From: Mizuhopecten yessoensis
Taxonomy: Eukaryota
Assembly (NCBI RefSeq): GCF_002113885.1
Contig: NW_018407478.1
Span: forward strand, 2,877-66,876
DNA: 64,000 nucleotides
Direction: 5' to 3'
The notes under the pieces were generated by a model, which did not search any database, had not been told where the DNA came from, and saw nothing but the letters and a program-made list of their open reading frames with translations. Every line of letters starts with the position of its first letter. Within the stretch, counting starts at the first letter, position 1. A program made the position numbers and the translations under genes. This document shows positions 27,701-39,300 of this stretch, piece after piece.

Positions 27701-30700
27701 GCACTTGCTGTTGTCTATATGTATTCTCGTGCTTTAGTGTATGCACTTGCTTTTGTTTATATGTATGCTCGGGCTTTAGTGTATGTTCGTGCTGTTGTGT
27801 ATATGTATGCTCGTACTTTAGTGTATGTACGGGCTGTTGTCTATATGTATGCTCGTGCGTTAGTGTATGCACTTGCTGTTGTCTATATGTATGTTCGTGC
27901 TTTAGTGTATGTTCGTGCTTGTCTACATGTATGCTCGTGCTTTAGTGTATGCTCGTGCTGTTATCTATATGTATGCTCGTGCTTCAGTGTATGCACTTGC
28001 TGTTTTCTGTATTGATGCTCGTGCTTTAGTGTATGCACTTTCTGTTGTCTATATTTATGCTCGTGCTTTTGTTGTATGCACGTGCTGTTGTCTACATGTA
28101 TGCTCTTGCTTTAGTGTATGCACGTGCTGTTGTCTACTATTTATGCTCGTGCTTTTATTGTATGCACGTGCTGTTCTCTACATGTATGCTCGTGCTTTAG
28201 TGTATGCTCGTGCTGTTATCTATATGTATGCTCGTGCTTTAGTGTATGCTCTTGCTGTTTTCTGTATTTATGCTCGTGCTTTAGTGTATGTACGTGTTGT
28301 TGTCTATATTTATGCTCGTGCTTTTATTGTATGCAAGTGCTGTTGTCTACATGTATGCTCGTGCCTTAGTGTATGCACTTGCTGTTGTCTATATTTATGT
28401 TATGCTTTAGTGTATGCACGTGCTGTTATCTATATGCATGCTCGTGCTTTAGTGTATGCACTTTCTGTTGTCTATATGTATGCTCGTGCGTTAGTGTATG
28501 CACTTGCTGTTGTCTATATGGATGTTCGTACTTTAGTGTATGCACTTGCTGTTGTTTATATGTATGCTCGTGCTTTGGTGTATGTTCGTGCTGTTGTCTA
28601 TACGTATGCTCGTGCCTTAGTGTATGTTCGTGCTGTTGTCTATACGTATGCTCGTGCCTTAGTGTATGTTCGTGCTGTTGTCTATTCGTATGCTCGTGCT
28701 TTAGTGTATGTTGGTGCTGTTGTCTATATGTATGCTCGTTCTTTAGTGTATGTTCGTGCTGTTGTGTATATGTATGCTCGTACTTTAGTGTATGTACGGG
28801 CTGTTGTCTATATGTATGCTCGTGCGTTAGTGTATGCACTTGCTGTTGTCTGTATTTATGCTCGTGCTTTAGTGTATGTTCTTGCTGTTGTCTATATGTA
28901 TGCTCTTGCTTTAGTGTATGCACTTGCTGTTTTCTGTATTGATGCTCGTGCTTTAGTGTATGCACTTTCTGTTGTCTATATGTATGCTCGTGCGTTAGTG
29001 TATGCACTTGCTGTTGTCTATATGTTTGCTCGTACTTTAGTGTATGTACGTGCTGTTGTCTATATGTCTGCTCGTGCTTTAGTGTATGTTCGTTCTGTTG
29101 TCTATATGTATGTTCGTACTTCACTTTAGTGTATGTTCGTGCTGTTGTGTATATGTATGCTCGTACTTTAGTGTATGTACGGGCTGTTGTCTATATGTAT
29201 GCTCGTGCTTAAGTGTATGCACGTGCTGTTATCTATATTTATGCTCGTGCTTTAGTGTATTCACTTGCTGTTGTCTGTATTTATGCTCGTGCTTTAGTGT
29301 ATGCACTTGCTGTTGTCTATACGTATGTTCGTACTTTAGTGTATACACGTGCTGTTGTCTATATGTATGTTCGTGTTTTAGTGTATGTTCGTGCTGTTGT
29401 CTATACGTATGCTCGTGCTTTAGTGTATGTTCGTGCTGTTGTCTATATGTATGTTCGTACTTCAGTGTATACACGTGCTGTTGTCTATATTTATGCTCGT
29501 GCTTTAGTGTATGTACGTGCTGTTGTTTTTGTTGTGCTCCTGGTGTTCGGTGATGTTAATACTTGTTTGGATGTTTATGATTGTGATGAACTATTTCAAT
29601 CATGTAAACTGAAATTGCATGCATGGAGGGACATACCATTGACGATTTCTATGACCTGTTATAAAGATTAACGTTACCTTATAGACTGGCCACTGTCTCT
29701 AGAATATTGAAGTATTAAGAAAAAAGTTTAACTCAAAAAATGTTGATCACTTGGATGTCTGATTCTAGAGTTCATAACTAGGGGGAGATAAGGTAGTAGT
29801 AAAATGCAGCTGAGAAATTCTTCATAAAAACTTAGGGCTGGTAGCTAGTCTAGTTACATTACTGTAACGTGAATTTCCTTTACAAAATAGTTCCACTTTT
29901 ATCACAATAATTAAGTGCTTACAAACAATAACATTATAATAATTGTGAATGACAAGATGATGTTCCATTGATAAACTCTATAGACTACTTTTACTTACGA
30001 ACCATTAATATAATTTCGTAACGCTATAAAAACAATTTGATCCCTGTCCATCAGAATTTCAATATATTACACTAAATAACAACTTTGTGAAGCAAAGATC
30101 TATGATTTCTTTGGCGCCTTCTTATGTTTAGTGTGAAATGGATAATAATATTACAGTTCAAGCGTAAAATTTGTTTCCTGCTCAAGTTTTGTTAAGAACT
30201 TTGAAACATACATTCCAAAGTTATGATTATGCATTGATGAAACCGGGCTCTTAAAATGTCCATCCAGGTTAGAACCAAAGGAACATGCAAACGGTATAAA
30301 GACTACCTTTTTTGTCCTAGTCGCTTTTTGTATACACACCGCAAAGAACAAATGTTGCAACCTAATTTCAAACTTTAACTTACATAACGTTCATTTGTTC
30401 ACATACGCGTAAATATTACTTTTCGGACCATTGTGCTTGACACGAAATATAAATGTAAAACCATGTTTATCATCAAAGCTGATACTAGTAAAAGTAAAAA
30501 CAAAAACGTATGCAGCCGGTTTACATAGCAGTAGATATAGGTGACTGGTTTGTGCTTGTACATGTCAATATCCTGTTTGGGATGAGGTTCTTCAAAACAC
30601 AGTCCACTATGCATACATGTACACGTCAATCTATCAACCAGGTTCTGTATCTGTGTATAACTAGGTGTCAGTAACACAGGAACGCTCGTTGTTGGCCGTC

Positions 30701-33700
30701 CGTTTCAGGACAACTGTAAATAAACGTCAAAATAGCTGCCAGATGTTTATTGAATGGGTCGAGCTTAGATTCGAGTATACATTTGTGTTAATGCGAGAGT
30801 GTTATTTCTAATTATCCCCAGTACCTGACAAGTAACACAGGAGAAATAACTACATGAACCAGCGGTGATAAAAACTCACGGCAGGATGGTCATTGTATCT
30901 GTTGAGTATACAGTGTGGGCATCAACATTTGGTCTCTTTCCATGACATCTTTTTTGTGGAATATATTATAAAGTTGTTTTTCATTGGTAAACACCAACTT
31001 TACATAGACAAAGGCCATGTTGGGCAACGATTCGGTTGTAATCCACTCGAAAAGTAAAAAAAAAATAACCATTTCGACTTGGATGTACAGTAAATACAAA
31101 TATACTTGCAGAAATTACATAAGATTTGTGCACATCACCGAACATTTTCTTATTTTTGTTCGATTGTTAAGATGTGTAATTGAAGGTTATTGCACATTTT
31201 AGAAATTTCAGCGGTGTGGTCTTCCAATGTGGCTGACGGGAATTTGTAGATATGTTCACGTCCGTTCAACTATATCTGATATTGCTTATATTCCGAGTGT
31301 TGATGCCGTGACACTCGAATGTATGAGCAATTGTATAGGCAGGTTTATAAATCATGCTTAGGCTGTTGTTCTGTGGAATATTACACAAACATAATGTTTT
31401 AGACTGTTGTTCTATCGAATAATCTCGGGTACACTTTGGAAGTAATTAAAAGTCAGCAGGCAGGAAGCAAATCGTGACACTGTCAGAGCAGACTTTGAAA
31501 GGACCCCGTTCCTTGTTGCTCTGAGCAATGTTCCTTGTAAGTGGTTACATGATCAATAAAAACAAGTAAATCTCGTTACTCCTTTTACAAACACCATTCC
31601 CGTCATCATCCCACAATCTAATTATCCAATGCACGGGACAGGTGGGCACCTGTCGAGTACAGAAATATCACGTTTGTTATTACACAACAGGTTCAAAGAG
31701 TAACACCTAACACATGTATACGATCAATAAGTGTGTGTCTGTCTCCAATCATGGTCTAATCAGCACCTGGTGAGTGTTCTGACATATGGAAGTTTCTTAT
31801 GGCCACGATACAGGTGGCGGAAATACGACAATAAATAAGATAGGCGAACGAGCAAGTAAGATGAAGGAGCAAAACGACGATGGTGAAGAAGAGGAAATGC
31901 TAAAACCCGGTTGCGAAGGAGCGGTCGTCTGACACGGCATTGCGTGATCCATTGTCAAAATATTTTTGTGGATTTGGGAAAAAATAGTTGCGGTCCATAG
32001 GTCTGAGTAAAACAGACAGTAGAGTTGTTACTTGTAAATAAAGATAATTATACACTCTTTTCTCAAACTCGAATTATTCACTTTTCTCTGTATCACATGG
32101 ATAACCCAGGCCTGTTTACGCATTTAATTATTTAGAAATTAAAGTAAACAGATGAAAAGATAATATAGGAGTGACGTAGGGTATGCTGGAATACCATACT
32201 GGTATTCAAACCAGAGTCGCAAAGTGCAGTGTAACGTGTTTTTTGTTTGCGGTTCCACTCTCCGAATTATTCTTTGCGTGGCTTTTTTTTCTGTCATACT
32301 GCACAAATTTCATTATGCGTCAGGGGGGTTTAAGTGTGCCTGTTCAGGGTGTTTCAGTAGGTTCACTTGCTTATATGTTCCTTGTGTGTCTCTAGGTGTA
32401 CGTCGTATGTCCTTTATATCTGTTTAAAATGTCAAATGTACATTATTGAGATAGTTAAAGATTTATGAAAAATGACATTTTCGTAAGAGTGACAATCAAC
32501 ATGTAACCATGGTAAAATGACGTACACGATTGTAACGTTTCAAACAACATTTCTGAACCAGCTGAAAGATTTGCAAAGATGAGTGTGGCTGCATTAAACC
32601 CCCTTTTATAACTGATATGACTATAATATGAAAAAGGATTTATTTCGCTAGATTTCAATTCAATAAATATTTAGACATGTATTACTTGCTGACTTGCCTT
32701 AGTTATTATTAGTAATGCTTTCAATTATTAAGTCAAAATGACCGGAAAGTTGAACTCATATTTGATTGTATAAACAACTTTCGCTTCAAACAATTATGAT
32801 TAATCTGATACTGGTTTCACATTCTCTGGCAAATATGTATTAGATGTGACTTATAACCGTATCTCTCCCTTTTTTAATCGTAGGTGTCCCGGAAGCTCTG
32901 CGTGAGGTAGCTCGGAACAGCAAACCTTCCATGGATATTGTTCAGTCTGGGGACAGCTGGTCCATCAAGACAACCGTCGGTGAAACGGTCAAGGACACGA
33001 CCTTCAAGATCGGAGAAGAGTTCGAATCAAAGTCCCTAACTGGTCAAAATCTCAAGGTACAGTTTAACAACATATTTTAAATATAAGACCTGTCATTATT
33101 TTTTCGTTATATAATTGTTTAACCTAAGGTAGTATTTCTTTCTTGACTAAGAGTATGATAATAACATTTATTATTACTATTTCGTACATATTAGTTGTGC
33201 TGATAACTCGCTGTGTTTAGATGTTTAACCTAGGGTAATATTTGTTCCTGGACTATAAGTATGACAATAAAATTTGTTATTCAAGGAATGACCAAGATTA
33301 TGTTTTGGTATATACGGTATATACCGAAAAAATATTGTGCAATTTGCATAAATCCGCGAAGCGTTTTATGCAAAAAAGTGCACAATTTATTTCGGTATAT
33401 ACCATATATACCAAAACCAAATCTTGGGCACTCTTTATAATTTAATTTAAAAAAAGTAGACAAACACGTTGTAAATGCACAGTTAAAGAGTTATTTAATT
33501 TTTACGTAAACTAAACAATTGCGCTAAAAAAAAGCTGCGTTGTAATTTTGCATTCTGAAGTGTAAAAAGTAGTTCCGTCATCAGTTGTTTTTCTTTTTAG
33601 GTATATACGATATATACCAAAAACAATATTATGGGGGAGATAGGCAAAATTAAATTATTACAATTTCGTACATAATAATTGGGCTCATAGCCCTCTGTAC

Positions 33701-34741
33701 TTGGATTTTTAACCTCAGGTAATGGTTTTCTGAACTTGACAATAACACCTGTTTTTACTCTTTCGTTACACCATGACACTGAGTACTCGTTGTGTTTGGG
33801 TTTTTAAACCCTAGATAGAGTATGTTTATGGTGTGTGCTCAACTCATTCACCCCTGAAGACACATTTGAACTCTTCCTATTTAAGGGTTGGAAAAATTCA
33901 TTTCGAAACTTAAGGGGCGAATGAGTTCATACCAGCTCAAACTAGACTCAACTTGTGCGCAGTCGTTATAGACAAAGCAACACGTAATTGACTCTTATTG
34001 TTATTACAGTGCATTGTAACTATGGAGGGTGATAAAATGACAGAGGTGCAGACGGCCGGAGATGTGAAGGTCGTCATCACGAGAGAAGTGGCGGGAAACG
34101 AGCTAGTCTCGGTAAGTGTGTAGGGTTTGTAAAAGGTCATTGACACTTGTATGCATTATAATGATGGCTAAGCTAATTTTAGATTGAATATCATCTTGTT
34201 GTCATCAATGTCGAGAAATATTTTGTAAATGTACTATATATTAGGGAAAACCTTTGTCCCCAAACCGCAAAGTTTGAACTTTTTGTAAAGTCAGGGTTTA
34301 ATAACCACACATAATAGTCCCTTAAAAGGTAATCTAAACGCATTTGTTCTGCGATATACTAACGTTCTTATAATGATTCAAAGTATTTTGTGCGTCAGAA
34401 CATTCACAAATAAACAAATAATAGTATTTTTATCGACGTAGGAAAATTGCGTAATTGATACAGTTTAAATAAACTAGACTCGCTTTCAACTTGAAGCATT
34501 TTTGTTGCCTTTTTCTTTACTCTAACATCACATTACTACGAACGAAGGGAGATAATTCTAATTGGTTGTGGCTATATTGGTAATACTCTAACTGTATTGA
34601 TGTATTAATTTTTAGCGTACTATCAAGTACCACATTGTACAGGTACTATCAATTAGCACAGGTTTACCTGAGGATTATTTCTCTTTTCAGAAAATGGCGT
34701 TTGGTTCTGTGGTAGCTGTGGTGAAGTTCGCGAAGGCGTAG
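21789..34741 (+). CDS. FABP: Fatty acid-binding protein (FABP/iLBP family), gene 2; 4 coding exons 21789-21855, 32884-33056, 34010-34111, 34691-34741; 130 aa; 11-kb first intron
   Basis: Spliced ORF MSLVGKWEFVSADNLDQYMESTG/VPEALREVARNSKPSMDIVQSGDSWSIKTTVGETVKDTTFKIGEEFESKSLTGQNLK/CIVTMEGDKMTEVQTAGDVKVVITREVAGNELVS/KMAFGSVVAVVKFAKA*. Exon sizes 67/173/102/51 are typical of FABPs; FKIGEEFE motif present; AATAAA at 34800. Confidence 0.93.
24884..25073. mobile_element. 190-bp palindromic MITE, copy 2
   Basis: Same sequence, length and TA flanks as 15522-15711. Confidence 0.85.
26320..29530. repeat. 42-bp satellite (24+18-bp dimer), ~75 copies, in FABP2 intron 1
   Basis: Unit TGTATGCACGTGCTGTTGTCTATA-TGTATGCTCGTGCTTTAG. 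Confidence 0.95.
33279..33440. repeat. Palindromic MITE-like element
   Basis: CCAAGATT..TTTTGGTATATACGGTATATACCGAAA...TTTCGGTATATACCATATATACCAAAACC..AATCTTGG inverted arms. Confidence 0.55.
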
Positions 34742-35413
34742 GGACCAGGGCAATGTTTTACAGGTGTAACGGCATATAGCATAATCATTCAATGTTTCCA
34801 ATAAATCATTAGATATTGTTATCGTTTGATTTGTTTGGTTTTTATTTTGAATATAAATAGCTGTATATTGCTTTAAAAGGTTTTAGGGTTTTTAGAATCA
34901 CAAGTCGCAAATTTTGTGTCAAGTTTATCAATCGTTTATGACACAAAGGTCAAGCAATGTCTGCAATTTACATAGGAACATTTTATGTCTCGTGTTTATT
35001 ATTTTCAATGCTAATAATATGGACATCATTTCATTATCACACTACAGTTTCACGTTTTTCTTTATAACTATGAACAGGAAAAAAGGGCACTAACGCCAAC
35101 ACAGGATCAAATTATAACTCATGTTCCACACGACGTTACATTAACCAAGTAAAGCATAGACACAATAGGACGGATACAACTCTATGGGAAAAAGACATAC
35201 CAGCATAAATAAATATAAAGCCGGTGATAATCATGAGGAGCAAGAGTGTCAAGCTACTCGTAATGATGTCCTCTAAAACACAGCTTTCTACTACAGAGTG
35301 AACTTTTCTTTAGTCATAACAGACACTGAAATTCTATTGTTAGAAATCCGAACCTGATAACAGAACGTGATATTTCACCAGTGTTTTTGATAATCCAGTG
35401 TGTATGCCTTTTC

Positions 35414-35603
35414 TATTCCGTCTTTGCGTATTGCATAGCTATCTGCTCTTGAGAGCAGGTATTGATTGTTACGTCATTGGTTTGTGTGAGAAAATTACGT
35501 CGTTTTCTCAAAAATTGATGTCGTTACTCTCACAAACAAATGACGTAACAATCAATACCTGCTCCCAAGAGAAGATAACTCTGCAATATGCAAAGACGGA
35601 ATA
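35414..35603. mobile_element. 190-bp palindromic MITE, copy 3 (inverted)
   Basis: Same family; the asymmetric centre is reverse-complemented relative to copies 1 and 2. Confidence 0.85.
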
Positions 35604-36362
35604 CGTTAACATACACAAAATACAGCACACAGAAGTTTGTGTATTTGCTGTATTAGATATGACACGACATGTATGTTTTGTGAGGACAGCACGGCATTTT
35701 GACTTGACGTGAGGTAGTGTGCAAATCGAATGCACCTAAATGACCGTATTGTTTGAAGCAAACGGAATCAGTGACTTCGTGTTGGTTGTCATAGGTAACA
35801 TCATCTGATATTTATAGAAAATATAAATTGATAATGGTAAGTGCACATTTGGTAGGAAAGGACATACATGAGCAGTAGAAACAAAGCATTAACCTTCGTC
35901 AATAAGACAACAAATTGTATGTTCCTTTCAGTCTGGTCATCACGGCAGTGTTCAGGTGTCCGCTACACTGCATGCTTCGATGTAATATTCTATAAAATTA
36001 CTTACGCGTATTTCAAAGCACATTGACTGTAAACGTATTAATTTTAGCACATTCATGGATTTGAACAGAAAGGGCATTGGTGAATTCACGCACTCACAAA
36101 ATACGTAATATACAGGATTTTCAATTTGTGCAAAACGCTCTAAAATATATACTTTCACATTGTTTGAATTTCCAGAAAAGAAGCAATACAACAAATATAT
36201 AGTTGTGAACTTGCTAAAAGTAATGCAACACTTAAGGATTAGACAAGTTGACATTTATTTACTTATTCATTTTATATGTATACATCAGACATAGATACAG
36301 TAGCTTACACATATTCCGTGTATACAAAATGTTACAAAACAAAGTCCAGTTTTTCTCGATCA

Positions 36363-39300
36363 TCACGGACTAAGCTTCCACACCTTTATGTAGTTGACCT
36401 TCATGGCGGCGTCCTCGCCGTTCCTCTCTGTGGGGTTCCAGGTAGGGTACCATTGGTTCTTAGCGTTGAGGAAGTCTCGCGTGGTGAAGTCACTATGGTC
36501 GTGCCAGGGTTTAGGAGTTGGAGAGTTACTTAGTGTATCATCAAAGTAGCCCACGCCTCCTACAGCTACGTTCATGATCAGGTAAAACTGAAGTATATAA
36601 CACAAAGCTATCAAAACTCTACCGAACAATTAAATATTTTGAAATATAAAGAATCGCTTTTCTGTTTCTCTATAAATTTCTAATTATGATACCATAATTT
36701 GCCCCTTTTTAACTTCACCCTTCCTCCTTTATAACGTTCACGAGTAGACAAAATACATCGCCAGTATAGATTTTCAACTATTTATTTCCCCCATAAATCT
36801 GAGGAACAAAAAAAAATAACATACTAAGAACCTCCTCTCAATTTACATTTTTTTTTTCATGTATGTCATGTTACTAGACATTTCTTGTTAGTTCGATGCT
36901 GGAATATGACTGGACTGGGTATCCTGCTTGCTATACCATTCTTATTTTATGACATAACATCCTTTCTAGTAGATGGACTTCCCGTACTCGGAAGCCTTTG
37001 TACATGTATTTTTAAATACATAATAGACAAACCATTCCTGATATATTAATGAATAACAGAACTGTTTCATCCGTTAATTGACTATTAATTTTCATGTTAT
37101 ATACCCGTGAAAAACATCTTAAACATAACCGTTATTCACCATTTACTCCAGTGTTTCCCCGACTTACCAATTTAAGTAGATATAGTGTCTACCCAAATCG
37201 CTGATTTAGGTCCATCTTACATTTTTATTTTCTATCAGTGTATAAAAAACAACTAAATGTACAGTGTAAAGATTGGTTTTACCTACCTTTTGATCAAAGG
37301 GGGCTATTTTGCTCGTGTTTCTATACGGGTTCTCAAATCCTGTTTTGTCTAGATTTCCGTGTTTCCAAAAGCCACCCTGGGCAGGAGGTGCAACTGTTAA
37401 TGTCTCCTGACCATCAAACAGGAACCTATTTATACAATGATACGGTAGAATTAAAAATAGACTTACATGACCAAGATCAGAAAACATTTTTAGAGTAAAT
37501 ATCGAACAAATACTATATATTGTATCACATGTATGTAACCTTGAAACTAAAAAAAGATGCAATATCTACCGGTTGGATCAAAACGTTTTTCTCGCAAATC
37601 TTATCCCGTACTCAACTAGCAGTCAGACATTGGTCAAACGTTGGCCCGACAACGGACACCTACGTTAGGCCGACATACGTTTGTCCAAAAACGCAGTTAA
37701 GTTGGCGCGACGTTGGATCTAAGCATTGAGTAAACGACGGCTAACGTTGGGCCTACGTTCCAAATGCGCCTGTGACCATGCCGACCTACCGTGACGCTGG
37801 TTAAACGAACCGTTGCTAGGCTGGTAGTTGTTCCCATGTACGATATATAGTAGTTTTATCTTACTTGGGCTGATTCCCATGAATGGAAACATGTACAAAA
37901 ACAAAGGGAAGTAACTCTGGAGAGCTATTTATTTATCCATGTAAGTAAAAAAACACCCAGCAGCCTCAGGTTTTAACAATTCAAAATCCCCTCAGGAGCG
38001 TTATTCTACCTACCCACCATAAAATACACTGAATGAAAATATCTTATCATCGCTTTAAAAATCATTAGCCAAAACATTGTTCCTCGTAGAGATGAACACG
38101 TACTTTACAGTCTAACGAATTCGAAGGTGTCTGGTTATTACCATTACGAATAAAACAAACTATGCTGCATCTTGTAACCGTTCTTAAAATACCTCAAACA
38201 TCATTTTCTTTTGAAATTAAAATACAAAATGGGACCAATTCGGGTGACAACCAAGGATGGGCACTTTACATAGATATGTACAGTTGTTAAAATCTAGAAA
38301 TGTGTATACAAGTTAGACGTAATTTATCAATAAAACTTAGATATACATCACTTACTTTATGTGGTCTTCCGTCCATTCTACTCCATACTTGTGGAAGTCG
38401 TCAGCAAGCGTGCCTTGGGACAAAGTTCTGCAATAGTATGGTATAACATACGATGCAACAATTCATGTAACATACAGACTGATGACAGCTATCCTAATGT
38501 TAAGATTGAGCTATAGAGTTCCTTCCCCTCATTAATCATATCTTGTCAGCACAATTACGATGAAGCGATGCTGATAGAAACTATTGCCAATGCCCCTAAT
38601 ATCTAATTGATGTAATTATGCATATGCCATTGCCCTGAAATACTTTCCTTGTAACATTTATACAAATCATTCTGAAGAATTACTTTTCAACGTGTGCTGT
38701 CTGCCATGGGTCATAGGATTTGTCCAGAATACTTGGTCCAAAATGGAGGGTACTTCCGAAAGAGTCCACGCCTTTGTGAGTACCATCTGGAGCTGTGTAG
38801 TGACGGTTTCCTGAGCAAATTGATAAAAATCTTATGTAACTGTTCCATTGCAACAAGTTATTATGCCTGTATTCAATGTTACTAGAATTAAAATATAAGT
38901 TGACCAAAGTAATACAACAGTTGTATCTTTCAAAGAATAATGGCGACTTCTCCTCTCGTTCCTTTCACATCCGAGCAAACTAACCCTAACTATGAAGAGG
39001 ACCAACAATTCTTTAACCAAAAGTTATCCTGGAATAAATGTCATTTCTAAAACATGTTAAGAACCGATTCAGAGGTGCGATATGAGAGAGTTCCCTCACT
39101 TCATTAATAATATTTGAAGTTTGATGTTTACAGATGCTATGTAAAAGATATGTATAACACAAACAGTATGTACTCTACACTGCAACATTAATTTTGATGT
39201 TAAGATTTTTTTATGCAAACAGATAAGGATGGATACCAAAGCAAAAAATTGTTTCTTATTAAAACAATTTGGCTGCTTTTTAGATCGATTTGTTAATGAA

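Noticed and set aside
26269-29671. Cys-rich (CCCLYVCSCFSVCT), His/Gln-rich (HTLKHEHTYRQQ) and YARA-repeat ORFs resembling metallothionein or keratin-associated proteins
   Set aside because: They are translations of a 42-bp satellite open in several frames on both strands, with frequent frame breaks, inside FABP2 intron 1
15521-35712. Three similar short ORFs (…GIDCYVIG…INTC…YAKTE) suggesting a small gene family
   Set aside because: All are translations of the palindromic MITE
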